Positions 37,730-47,076 of a stretch of 64,000 nucleotides of DNA are shown one piece after another. This DNA comes from Candidatus Kaiserbacteria bacterium (GTDB taxonomy: Bacteria > Patescibacteriota > Minisyncoccia > Phycocordibacterales > UBA2100). Each line of letters opens with the position of its first letter. Position 1 is the stretch's first letter. The stretch is from contig JACRFI010000016.1 in assembly GCA_016217965.1 (NCBI GenBank), forward strand, positions 129,837-193,836. The letters run 5' to 3'. The position numbers were made by a program, and so were the translations under genes. The notes beneath the pieces are model-generated. The model did not search any database. It had not been told where the DNA came from and saw only the letters and a list, made by a program, of their open reading frames with translations.

Positions 37730-38428
37730 ATGGCGCATGTCTGGAATAAGGGTCTTACAAAGGATTCTCACACCTCGATCTTAAAAATATCTCAGACAAT
37801 GCGTCATCGGCATATTGATAATTTTGCCAAGTGGAGAGAGCACGCGCGTCGGTCAGGTTTACTTAAATCCACGTACCCCGAGTTTCCTAAAAATGAAGAT
37901 TTGGCAGAATTTATCGGAGTCGTCTTAGGCGATGGACATATTGGCGCTCTTCCAAGAACAGAAAGCCTTCGTATTGTAGCTAACTCAAACAACAAAGGAT
38001 TTGTAACTAGATACGCTAAGCTGGTCGAAAAAATATTTGCTAAAAAACCAAATGTTAAGAAGCGAAATGGCTCAGAAGCGATGAACATTACCATTTATGA
38101 ACGACATATTAGTCGACGACTTGGGATACCGTCAGGAGCACGAGGTAAAATTGTGAACAGAATTCCCAGATGGATAACTGAAAACCGAAAGATGATCATA
38201 CCCTTCCTGCGAGGTCTATATGAGGCCGAAGGGTGTTATTCTGTTCATAAGCCGACATATACATATAAAATGTTTTTCTCTAATCGAAATGATTCTTTGT
38301 TGGAACTTGTCTTTCGTCTCGTTACAAAATTGGGTTTTCATCCCCATGTATCGAAATACAGCGTACAAATCTCGAAAAAGCATGAGGTGCAAAAATTCAA
38401 GGATTTGATAGAGTTTCGACGTTACTGA
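37730..38428 (+). CDS. Free-standing double-motif LAGLIDADG endonuclease
   Basis: N-terminal WNKGLTK NUMOD-like motif, FIGVVLGDG and FLRGLYEAEG; ends 7 nt before tRNA-Gln. Confidence 0.85.
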   Translation: MAHVWNKGLTKDSHTSILKISQTMRHRHIDNFAKWREHARRSGLLKSTYPEFPKNEDLAEFIGVVLGDGHIGALPRTESLRIVANSNNKGFVTRYAKLVEKIFAKKPNVKKRNGSEAMNITIYERHISRRLGIPSGARGKIVNRIPRWITENRKMIIPFLRGLYEAEGCYSVHKPTYTYKMFFSNRNDSLLELVFRLVTKLGFHPHVSKYSVQISKKHEVQKFKDLIEFRRY

Positions 38429-38435
38429 GTAGCAT

Positions 38436-38509
38436 TGCCGGATCATCTAAAGGTAGGATGTCGCTCTCTGAAAGCGAAAATCTTGGTTCGATTCCAAGTC
38501 CGGCAACCA
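38436..38509 (+). tRNA. tRNA-Gln (CTG)
   Basis: TGCCGGA/TCCGGCA acceptor stem; anticodon arm TCGCT-CT CTG AA-AGCGA; encoded CCA. Confidence 0.92.
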
Positions 38510-38554
38510 GTTTGAGCGAGGTTCTCGCGCTCGCGTCGCGTCAAAATATAAGGT

Positions 38555-39133
38555 ATGAGAAAAATTGATATCAGAGAAATTCAAGATCCGCATAGACAAT
38601 ATTGGAGGCTTCTTTTCAGGAAAATTAATGAAACTTTTTTTGGGGACTTCAGAACAAGAGCCTATAGTATTGTGGTTGTAGCTTTAGTCTTGCTTGTGAT
38701 TTTTGGACTGGCGATACCCAAATCTGAGTTTTCTGTCGCGGGTTTTACGTTTGAATTGCCCTGGCTGAATTCACCGTCTAAACATAAGACATTTGATAGA
38801 TCTATCTTTAGTGTTGCTTGGGAAGTGTCGCACGGACAAATCACTGCTGAAGAACAGAATGATATTATTGCGCGAATATCTGGTCTTGAAACTAAGGCGG
38901 CGAATGGGACAGTTATAAGTATTTGGAGAGAAGATCGCTCTCTAACAATTGAGGGGCTTGGCGACGATCCTAATCAATCAGGGTCAATACGATGTGACTT
39001 TCCCGCGAGTAGCTTTGATGTTTTTATCACAAGTTTAAAACAAGGGGACTATGTCGGCTTTAAAGGCACGATTTCGCATTTTGACCCCTCTCGTCAGAGG
39101 ATAGTTCTTAAAGATTGTTATTTCCTTGGATAA
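38555..39133 (+). CDS. Hypothetical membrane-anchored protein, possible C-terminal OB fold
   Basis: One TM segment; C-terminal IRCDF..LKQGDYVGFKGTI..LKDC; AT-rich. Confidence 0.6.
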   Translation: MRKIDIREIQDPHRQYWRLLFRKINETFFGDFRTRAYSIVVVALVLLVIFGLAIPKSEFSVAGFTFELPWLNSPSKHKTFDRSIFSVAWEVSHGQITAEEQNDIIARISGLETKAANGTVISIWREDRSLTIEGLGDDPNQSGSIRCDFPASSFDVFITSLKQGDYVGFKGTISHFDPSRQRIVLKDCYFLG

Positions 39134-39300
39134 AAGTTTCAGTTTCGACACACTCGGTCAGCCAACTCGTGCTAAGTTAGCGCGTTCAAAATGTGTCGTT
39201 TAAAAAGTGTAGAATATGTTTAAACCGTCAAGCAGGGCCTAACCGACCACCGTTCTAGCTCAAGACGGCCAAATAGAGCGACGCGGTATACTTGTGCCTC

Positions 39301-40578
39301 ATGAACTTTGGGGCTTTTTTCAACCACACTTTTGCGTCGCTCAAGATACGCAATTATCGGTTGTATTTTATCGGCCAGGCCATATCTCTTTCAGGGACGT
39401 GGATGCAGATAATCGCGCTCGGATGGCTTACGCTTGAGGTCACCGGTTCTGGCAGTCAATTGGGCCTCGTCATCGCGGTGCAGTACGTGCCGATCCTTCT
39501 TTTTGGATTTTGGGGCGGCATGATTGCCGATAGGTTCGACAAAAGGAGAATCCTTATTCTTACGCAAGCGGGTCTTGGGCTTGTCGCGCTTTCTATGAGC
39601 ATTGTCGTATTTGCCGGCATTATTCGGCCTTGGATGCTTTTTTCCTTCGCCGTTTGCTGGGGCATCATTCGAATATTCGATAACCCGACGCGCCTTACAT
39701 TCGTCTTTGAGATGGTCGATGCGAGCCATATCAAAAACGCCGTGAGCCTCAACGCCACGGAAAATAATCTTGCTCGCGCTATCGGACCCTCGATCGGCGG
39801 CGTTCTCATCGCGACCACGGGCATCGCATTTTGCTTTTTCTTTAATGCAGTTACGTACATCGCGGTTATCGCCATGCTCTTTTTTATGCGCGAACACGAG
39901 CTTCATCGCTCTCCACCCATCGCGCGAAAGCCAGGGCAGTTGCGAGAAGGATTGCGATACATTATGGAAACGCCACGGATCAGGGATGTCCTTATCGTGA
40001 TAGCGGTGATCGGCACATTCGCGTACGAATTTCAGGTTAGCCTGCCTCTCTTTGCACAACAAACATTTCTCGCGGGAGCGAGCGCCTATGCAGCTCTCAT
40101 GGCTTCATTTGGGGTCGGCGCGGCAATTGGCGGGCTCTATGCTGCTTCGAGGCACACAGTAGCACCTCGGCAATTTCTCATTTCAGGATTTCTATTTGGC
40201 GCGAGCATCATTGGGACATCGCTTGCGCCAACACTGCCGATAGCAATTATTGGCATGGTTTTCATTGGCATTTTCGCGACAAATGTGACGTCAATAGGGA
40301 ACACTATGATCCAATTGGAAAGCATCCCTCAGATGAGAGGCCGCGTCATGGCGCTGTGGGAGATTGCGATGATTGGCTCGACACCGATAGGAGGTCCTAT
40401 AATAGGGTGGATCGGGCAGAACATCGGCGCGAGGTGGGCTATTGCGACGGGAGGCATCGCGACAGTGAGCGCGATCATTCTCGGCTCACGCAGGCTGCTT
40501 AAAAAAGTCGCGATGCAGGAGATCCCGACAGACGTGAAAATCGGGGAAGAGGAAATGAACATTGCAAACTCCCAGTGA
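39301..40578 (+). CDS. MFS transporter
   Basis: About 12 TM segments, GGMIADRFDKR motif A, RGRVMA. Confidence 0.92.
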   Translation: MNFGAFFNHTFASLKIRNYRLYFIGQAISLSGTWMQIIALGWLTLEVTGSGSQLGLVIAVQYVPILLFGFWGGMIADRFDKRRILILTQAGLGLVALSMSIVVFAGIIRPWMLFSFAVCWGIIRIFDNPTRLTFVFEMVDASHIKNAVSLNATENNLARAIGPSIGGVLIATTGIAFCFFFNAVTYIAVIAMLFFMREHELHRSPPIARKPGQLREGLRYIMETPRIRDVLIVIAVIGTFAYEFQVSLPLFAQQTFLAGASAYAALMASFGVGAAIGGLYAASRHTVAPRQFLISGFLFGASIIGTSLAPTLPIAIIGMVFIGIFATNVTSIGNTMIQLESIPQMRGRVMALWEIAMIGSTPIGGPIIGWIGQNIGARWAIATGGIATVSAIILGSRRLLKKVAMQEIPTDVKIGEEEMNIANSQ

Positions 40579-40690
40579 AATCCTCAGACAATACTTCTTC
40601 ATTGCTCGCGTTGCTTCACTGCGCAGTTCAATGGAGATTGTCGTTTCCATACAGTCCATTTTTCGACAGTGTACAATAGGGTCGATACTC

Positions 40691-42025
40691 ATGATTTTTC
40701 TGAGAACTCTTCTCTTTGCATGTCTTTTCGGAATTTCGGCTTCAATTGTATTTGCGCAGGATTTTTCTTCGACCAACTATACAGTACTTGCTCCAGTAAT
40801 TGTGCCCGGAGGGTATTCGACATCATCATCGTTCGGTTTGCAGAGTATTCTGACCCAGATAGGCGTTGGGACATCGACCGCGAGTTCGTTTGGCGCACAT
40901 GTTGGATTTCCCTTTTTCCCACTTGTCTCAACACCTGCCGTTTCGGCCACGGCGGGGGATGCTGAAGTCGCGCTTTCTTGGAGCGCATCGGAAGGATACT
41001 TAGGTTGGACGGTAGCCGGGTATGACGTTGGACAATCTACATCCGCAGGCGGCACATACTCGTACACCAGCCTGGGGAATGTAACGAGTAGTACGCGCAC
41101 AGGCCTCACCAACGGTACGACATACTATTTTGTGATCAATCCGAAAGATTCATTCGGAAACCGAATTGCGACTTCGACAGAAATTTCGGGAGCGCCGACG
41201 TCAGGTTACTCGCAGGCTTCATATTATTCTCAGGGCTCGTATGGTGGAGGAGGTGGAGGAGGTGGAGGAGGAGGTGGTGGTGGTGGAGGGGGTGGGGGCG
41301 GAGGTGGTTCGGCTGTCGAATTCTCTGGAAGGGCGTATCCAGGCCGCACAGTCACGCTTCTTAAAGACGCGCAGGTCGTGAGTTCGTCGAATGCGGGCGC
41401 CGATGCGCGTTTCTCGATGTCCATCGGCGGTGTATCTGCGGGGAATTACATTTTTTCAGTGTATAGCGAGGACAAGGACGGAATTCGTTCTAGTCTTCAG
41501 ACATTTCCGGTCAGCGTATCAGGAACGACGCTCACAACGGTCTCAGGTATTTTTCTTGCACCTACAATTGCGACAGATAAAAGCCAGGTAAAGCGCGGCG
41601 ACAATATAATTATATTCGGGCAGAGCCAGCCGGATGCGAACATCACCATCACCGTCAATTCGGAGAAAGAGATATATGCGCAAACGAAATCTGATCCAAG
41701 CGGTGTGTATCTTTACAATTTAGATTCGCAGCTGCTCGAGATGGGTGATCACACGGCAAAATCAAAAAGCGCGCTTGCGAACGAGATCAGTTCGTTTTCT
41801 GCGGCTGCAGCGTTTATGGTTGGCGATGAGAATGTGTTAAAAGAGACAAAGAAGATGGCGCCAAAAGGGGATTCAAACGGGGACAATAAAGTGAACCTTG
41901 TCGACTTCTCGATCGTCGCATACTGGTACAACCGTGCGAATCCTCCTGCAAAGGCTGACCTGAACGGCGATGGAAAGGTAAACCTCGTCGATCTTTCTAT
42001 TATGGCGTTTCATTGGACTGGTTGA
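40691..42025 (+). CDS. Secreted FN3/Ig-like protein with poly-Gly linker and C-terminal dockerin-like domain
   Basis: Signal peptide; FN3 (LSW...GLTNGTTYYF); duplicated DxNxDxxVNxxD Ca-binding loops at the C-terminus. Confidence 0.8.
   Translation: MIFLRTLLFACLFGISASIVFAQDFSSTNYTVLAPVIVPGGYSTSSSFGLQSILTQIGVGTSTASSFGAHVGFPFFPLVSTPAVSATAGDAEVALSWSASEGYLGWTVAGYDVGQSTSAGGTYSYTSLGNVTSSTRTGLTNGTTYYFVINPKDSFGNRIATSTEISGAPTSGYSQASYYSQGSYGGGGGGGGGGGGGGGGGGGGGGSAVEFSGRAYPGRTVTLLKDAQVVSSSNAGADARFSMSIGGVSAGNYIFSVYSEDKDGIRSSLQTFPVSVSGTTLTTVSGIFLAPTIATDKSQVKRGDNIIIFGQSQPDANITITVNSEKEIYAQTKSDPSGVYLYNLDSQLLEMGDHTAKSKSALANEISSFSAAAAFMVGDENVLKETKKMAPKGDSNGDNKVNLVDFSIVAYWYNRANPPAKADLNGDGKVNLVDLSIMAFHWTG
41243..41308 (+). 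repeat. GGN triplet run encoding 22 glycines
   Basis: Mixed GGT/GGA/GGG/GGC codons, 66 nt. Confidence 0.9.
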
Positions 42026-42026
42026 T

Positions 42027-42848
42027 ATGAGAATATTTCCGCTCGTCTTTGTATTTTTTTCGTTTGCGCCATTCGCATATGCAGCGGAGTTGAATCTCTC
42101 CGCCTCGGAAATTTTGAGGGTGGGAAGTTCGGTTGTGATTACGGCAACTCTCGATACGTTGGATGAAAAAATAAATGCACTCGAAGGAGCACTTAGCTAT
42201 CCAAAAGAATATCTCATGTTGCGCGAAATTCGTGATGGAAATTCTGTGATTAATTTTTGGGTCGAGCGTCCACATGATGCGGAAGACGCGATCCGTTTTT
42301 CGGGGATAACACCTGGCGGTATTTCAGGCGAGGGTTCAGAAGTTTTTACACTCGTTTTTGAAGTGGCGCGAGTGGAGGATGTTCATTTCGAACTGGAACA
42401 TGCAAAAGCGTATCGAAATGATGGAGAAGGTACCGAAGTTTCACTTCGCCTGAACAATACTATTCGGGTGCAAGAACGTGATGTAGAGGAGGACTCATCT
42501 TTGCCCGAGCCGTTTGTGATTTCCCTGGCATCCGACGAGGCGCTTTTTGAAGGTCAGCGGTTCATTGTGTTTGCGACACAAGACAAGCAATCGGGTATTG
42601 AACACTATGAAGTCTGCGAAGGAATACTCGGAAGATGTATGCGCACGGAAAGTCCTTTTCTCCTTGAAAACCAGAAAAGCAACTCGCTTATCACGGTGCG
42701 TGCCTATGATCGCGAGGGACATGTACGCGTTGCGCGTCTATTCACGCCTGAAGCCAAAATACGATACTCGTTCTACAGCATCTTTGGTATACTTATGTTC
42801 GTGAGCGCCGGGGCGTATGCCCGCAGAAAGAGCGCCTTTCTCGCATAA
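42027..42848 (+). CDS. Secreted cohesin-like protein with C-terminal membrane anchor
   Basis: INALEGALSYPKEYL, NFWVERP, IRFSGITPGG, AYRNDGEGT; C-terminal TM segment plus basic tail. Confidence 0.7.
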   Translation: MRIFPLVFVFFSFAPFAYAAELNLSASEILRVGSSVVITATLDTLDEKINALEGALSYPKEYLMLREIRDGNSVINFWVERPHDAEDAIRFSGITPGGISGEGSEVFTLVFEVARVEDVHFELEHAKAYRNDGEGTEVSLRLNNTIRVQERDVEEDSSLPEPFVISLASDEALFEGQRFIVFATQDKQSGIEHYEVCEGILGRCMRTESPFLLENQKSNSLITVRAYDREGHVRVARLFTPEAKIRYSFYSIFGILMFVSAGAYARRKSAFLA

Positions 42849-42853
42849 TCTCT

Positions 42854-43894
42854 ATGAGAAAGGCTTTTGGAACTTTAGTATTCGTGGCAGCTTTTGCCGT
42901 ACCTATAGTAGCCTCTGCTGCAACGATGCGCATCGCGCCGGCGAGTGCTTCGGCAGTATCCGGAGGTAGTGTCTCAGTTTCCGTGCAGGTGACGAGCAGC
43001 GACCAGGCGATGAATGCTGCATCAGGCGTTTTAAAATTTCCGCCAGATCTTTTGCAAGTATCATCAATTTCTAAAAGCGGTTCGATCATCGGGCTATGGG
43101 CGCAGGAACCGTCGCATTCGAATATCGCGGGCACGGTGAATTTCGAGGGTGTCGTTTTGAATCCTGGATTCATCGGCTCAAATGGCACCGTGCTCACGGT
43201 AACATTCCGTGCGCTCGTAGCGGGCGTTGCGTCCCTCTCTATTTCTTCAGGATCAGTGCTCGCAAATGATGGCAACGGAACAGAAGTTTTGACAGGTTCA
43301 CTTCCGGGTTTCGTTTTAATTTCAGAAGGTGTAGCCGTAGCACCTTCTGCCTCCCCGAATCCATCCCCCACCTCACAAACATCCAGCGTAGAACGCATCG
43401 TGATAACGTCGCCAACGCATCCAGATCCTGCTAAAGCATATCGTGCGCAACTTGTAAGATTGGAATGGAAGAATCCGCGCGGGACCGGTACGACGCGTGT
43501 TTTATATGACCGTAACCCGTCTTCCATCCCGAGTGTGATTTATGATCCACCTATCACATCAAAAGAAATTTCTCCCGGGAATGGCACGTGGTATTTCCAT
43601 GCGCAAGCGCGGACGGACTCAGGATGGGGGCCGGTGGCGCATTTTAAGTTCACGATCGATCCAAACGCACCAGAGGAAACTACTGTAGCCACGTCGAGCA
43701 AGAAGGACCTGCTCGACATTTCTGTCACGATCGCAAAAGAAGAGCCACTGTCACCGTGGGAGCGGACCAAGGCTATTGCCATCGCAGTCTTTTGGCTTAT
43801 GGCGAGTCAGTGGCCGTCTGCGCTGGTTGCTTTGTTCGCCTACGCGATCATACGGTACCGCCGAATGAAAAGGATTTCGTCACGATTTCACTAA
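42854..43894 (+). CDS. Secreted cohesin-like protein with C-terminal membrane anchor
   Basis: MNAASGVLKFPPDLL, LWAQEP, VNFEG, VLANDGNGT; C-terminal TM segment plus basic tail. Confidence 0.72.
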   Translation: MRKAFGTLVFVAAFAVPIVASAATMRIAPASASAVSGGSVSVSVQVTSSDQAMNAASGVLKFPPDLLQVSSISKSGSIIGLWAQEPSHSNIAGTVNFEGVVLNPGFIGSNGTVLTVTFRALVAGVASLSISSGSVLANDGNGTEVLTGSLPGFVLISEGVAVAPSASPNPSPTSQTSSVERIVITSPTHPDPAKAYRAQLVRLEWKNPRGTGTTRVLYDRNPSSIPSVIYDPPITSKEISPGNGTWYFHAQARTDSGWGPVAHFKFTIDPNAPEETTVATSSKKDLLDISVTIAKEEPLSPWERTKAIAIAVFWLMASQWPSALVALFAYAIIRYRRMKRISSRFH

Positions 43895-44716
43895 CGTGTG
43901 CGCGCGTGCCGAGTGAGGAAATGAAAAACTCATCTTTCTGCCAAAACGAGCTTCGTATTTTGCGACAAGCACTGCTACGACTGCGGCCGGATCGCCAGTT
44001 ATGTTCAATATTCGGCCCTCGCCATCAATAGATAGTCCCTCGATGCCATTTGTCATTGCAAGTGCGCGTGCGCCCTCGTGGAGGCGCATTTGTTGGACCA
44101 TGTCGCTCACTATCTCATAATAGATACGCTCTGCATGGGCGACATGCGAATAATCGAAAGAGTGAGCGAAATGGCGAGATGCATGGTTGAATTTTCTAGC
44201 GGCAGCAAATAGTGCCGCAGTTGCTAGTGCCGTAAAAAGGCAAATGAGCGCGTAGGCAAGAAGATTGCTGACAAATATTCCTGCGAATTTTCTCTCCACC
44301 GCAAATTGATAGCTTGCGATGGCTGGTGATTCTTGCCCATTGTAGCTAACCGTTGTCCGAGCCAAATAGGTTCCAGATGCGATATTGTCCGGCAGATCAA
44401 TATTGTGGATAAAGCTTGCTGACGTCTCAAGTGCGACAACTTCTCGGTACGTGACAACCGTTGTACCGTTCTGAGCGCGAATGTCATACAGAATGGATAC
44501 ATCGACGCGTTCGTTTCTGCCGAAATTCAAAAGTTTGATCTGGATTGGAAGTGATTCACCGGGTGCGATCCGTGTACTGAGAGCAGTAGAGCCGCTCTGA
44601 ATCTCTTCCGCTGCAAGGAAAAGCGGTACGCAAAAGAAAACGCAAAGAAGGCTTGAGAGAAGTCTATATTTCAGATGTATCACGCGTCCTCTCATGGCTG
44701 TAAAACATGGTAGCAT
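43880..44716 (-). CDS. Hypothetical membrane-anchored protein (Ig-like extracellular domain); start uncertain
   Basis: Signal-like hydrophobic segment, beta-rich domain, TM helix, cytoplasmic tail. Confidence 0.65.
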   Translation of the reverse strand: MLPCFTAMRGRVIHLKYRLLSSLLCVFFCVPLFLAAEEIQSGSTALSTRIAPGESLPIQIKLLNFGRNERVDVSILYDIRAQNGTTVVTYREVVALETSASFIHNIDLPDNIASGTYLARTTVSYNGQESPAIASYQFAVERKFAGIFVSNLLAYALICLFTALATAALFAAARKFNHASRHFAHSFDYSHVAHAERIYYEIVSDMVQQMRLHEGARALAMTNGIEGLSIDGEGRILNITGDPAAVVAVLVAKYEARFGRKMSFSFPHSARAHTLVKS

Positions 44717-44722
44717 GGCTGG

Positions 44723-45109
44723 ATGGCGGACGGCTCGAAAGTGCTGATTATTGAGGACGAGCTTTCACTCATCGAGGCGCTGCGTGATGCTCTTACGCGG
44801 CGGGGCATCGCAGTCATTTCTGCGGAAGATGGTGAGCGTGGACTCGCGGCCGCAAAGGAGCACGAACCAGATCTGATACTCCTTGATATTGTCATGCCGA
44901 AGATGGATGGCCTTGCTATGCTGAAAGCGCTGCGCGAGAGTACATGGGGGAAAAATATGCCCGTCATCATACTCACGAATCTTTCGGCTGACAGCAGCGA
45001 CAGGGTGCGCGCGCTCATAGAATACACTCCTCTCTTGTACCTCGTAAAAAGCGATTGGAACCTTCATGACATTGTCGCTAAAGTCGAAGCCGCACTCACG
45101 CAGGAATGA
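44723..45109 (+). CDS. Single-domain response regulator
   Basis: IIEDE, LLDIVMPKMDG, ILTN, YLVK. Confidence 0.92.
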   Translation: MADGSKVLIIEDELSLIEALRDALTRRGIAVISAEDGERGLAAAKEHEPDLILLDIVMPKMDGLAMLKALRESTWGKNMPVIILTNLSADSSDRVRALIEYTPLLYLVKSDWNLHDIVAKVEAALTQE

Positions 45110-45128
45110 ATAAAACCACGTTAATCGC

Positions 45129-45830
45129 ATGAATGAAGCCCTGTTTGTTGCGGCGATACTTGTTAATCTCCTTTTTATCGCCCTTGCGGCGCGCTTCGGT
45201 CGCGTGGGACTCGTTCTCGCGATGGCGGTCAATCTCATCCTCGTCTCGACGTTTGCGCCGAAGCTGGTTACCGTTTTCGGATTCGTCTCGAATGTCGGGA
45301 ATATTTTTTACGGGTCGCTCTTTATTGCAGCAAATATATTAGTTGAGAGATATGGCACAAAAGCCGCCTTTACCGCGATTTGGATGTCTTTTGCGGGCAA
45401 TATTTTCTTCGTGGTTATGAGTCAGTTTGCGCTCCGATTTATAGGCGAGACACAAAGTCTCGCAACAAACGATGCGATCTCCACTGTGTTTGCGAGCGCA
45501 CCGCGCACCGCGCTCGCCAGTGTTGTAGCATACTTGTTGGTGCAGCATTTTAATGTGTGGTTGTACTCTTTTGTAAAAGCGAAGACAGGAGAGCGTCTTC
45601 TGTGGCTTCGTCACATTTCGTCAACGACCACTTCTCAATTGCTCGACAGCGTCATATTTTTCAGCATCGCATTTTATGCGGTGATCCCAAACAACATTCT
45701 CGTAGAAGCGATGATCGTGGGGTTTGTTCTGAAAACAGCTATCGGAGTTGTCGGCACGCCGCTCCTGTACTTTGTACGCTTGTTCATCATGTCGGAAATC
45801 CAAGAAAAAGAAGACGGCTATGTCACTTAA
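45129..45830 (+). CDS. Queuosine precursor transporter (YhhQ/VUT family)
   Basis: K.VTVFG, ILVERYG..AA, R.ALASVVAYL, LWLR..SST..SQLLDSVIF..IAF. Confidence 0.88.
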   Translation: MNEALFVAAILVNLLFIALAARFGRVGLVLAMAVNLILVSTFAPKLVTVFGFVSNVGNIFYGSLFIAANILVERYGTKAAFTAIWMSFAGNIFFVVMSQFALRFIGETQSLATNDAISTVFASAPRTALASVVAYLLVQHFNVWLYSFVKAKTGERLLWLRHISSTTTSQLLDSVIFFSIAFYAVIPNNILVEAMIVGFVLKTAIGVVGTPLLYFVRLFIMSEIQEKEDGYVT

Positions 45831-47076
45831 GGTAAAAATTGTCGGCTTGTTTCTACTCCTCGCGCTTGTTCCGTATGTCGTTATTGCCTTGTTTCTCTAC
45901 ATAGACGTGAGGCAGAGCGCGGAGAAAGACGCGATGCAAGAAACGGCGGTACTCGCAACGATCCAGAAGAACCGGATGCAGGAACTATTGTCTAAATACA
46001 CGCTACAACTCGATCAGTTCACGACTCGGCTCCAGCTTCGTCAGTCTCTCAAAGCGTACGTTGCAAGCGGGGACCTTGCGTCACTTGCAACGATTGCACG
46101 CATCATTGATGAAGCGAAAAAAGGCACGCCAAACATCAAAGACATATACATACTCTCGACGAATGGTGAAGTTCTCGCGTCGACCGAAGAGGGGGCAAGG
46201 GGAATGGATGTTTCGAAAGAGTCCTACTTCCAAAAAGGCCTTGTCACCAATACCGTTTCAACTTTAGTCAAGATGCAGAACATCGTCTATCTCTATCAAG
46301 CGGGTCCGCTCATACTTAACGACGAACAGATCGGCGTCATTGCAATACGTGTTTCGACCGATGATCTTTTTCGCATGTATTCGGATTACAGCGGACTTGG
46401 AGATTCAGGATACTGGATACTCGCAGAGCGACTTCCAAATGGCGACGCTCGTATCATAGTGCCGAGACGATTTGCGACAAGCACAACATCTTCACTCGAA
46501 ACGGTCATCAAACGATCCACACAGTTGCCGATTGCACAGGCGGTCGGGGGCACGGAGATGACTTTTCCCGATGTTGTTGTGGCGCAAGGCAAGCACGCAA
46601 TCGTCTCGACACGGTATGTGCCGGAACTCGGGTGGGGTATCGCAGTCGTTGCAGTGCGCTCCGAAGTGTTGGCACCCTCTCATGCGCTCGCGCTCCAGTT
46701 GCTCTTATTCTCATCGCTTCTTGTTGTTTTTATCGCGTTCCTTAGTGTCGTTGTTTCTCAAGAGATTCTCCGTCCAATTCAGCAACTTTCGGGAGCGGCA
46801 AGGCGCGCTGCGAGCGGCGACTTGTCTAAATTCCTCATGGTACGGTCGCATGACGAACTCGGCATACTCGCATCCACATTTAATACCATGCTCGCAAAGC
46901 TTAAGTCTTCGCACGATGACCTCGAAAAGCGGGTACAGGAGCGCACGAAAGAGGCGCACGATAAACTTTTGGAGGTTGAACGGTTGAACAAAGTGATGGT
47001 CGGGCGTGAGCTACAAATGGTCGAATTGAAGAAAAAGCTAGCCGAAATGGAAAATCCAGAAAACAAACATGATTGA
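45820..47076 (+). CDS. Membrane sensor (Cache-like periplasmic domain + HAMP) without kinase core
   Basis: Two TM segments, HAMP (RPIQQL...DELGILASTFNTM), ends in a coiled coil LNKVMVGRELQMVELK; no H-box or ATPase domain. Confidence 0.8.
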   Translation: MSLKVKIVGLFLLLALVPYVVIALFLYIDVRQSAEKDAMQETAVLATIQKNRMQELLSKYTLQLDQFTTRLQLRQSLKAYVASGDLASLATIARIIDEAKKGTPNIKDIYILSTNGEVLASTEEGARGMDVSKESYFQKGLVTNTVSTLVKMQNIVYLYQAGPLILNDEQIGVIAIRVSTDDLFRMYSDYSGLGDSGYWILAERLPNGDARIIVPRRFATSTTSSLETVIKRSTQLPIAQAVGGTEMTFPDVVVAQGKHAIVSTRYVPELGWGIAVVAVRSEVLAPSHALALQLLLFSSLLVVFIAFLSVVVSQEILRPIQQLSGAARRAASGDLSKFLMVRSHDELGILASTFNTMLAKLKSSHDDLEKRVQERTKEAHDKLLEVERLNKVMVGRELQMVELKKKLAEMENPENKHD

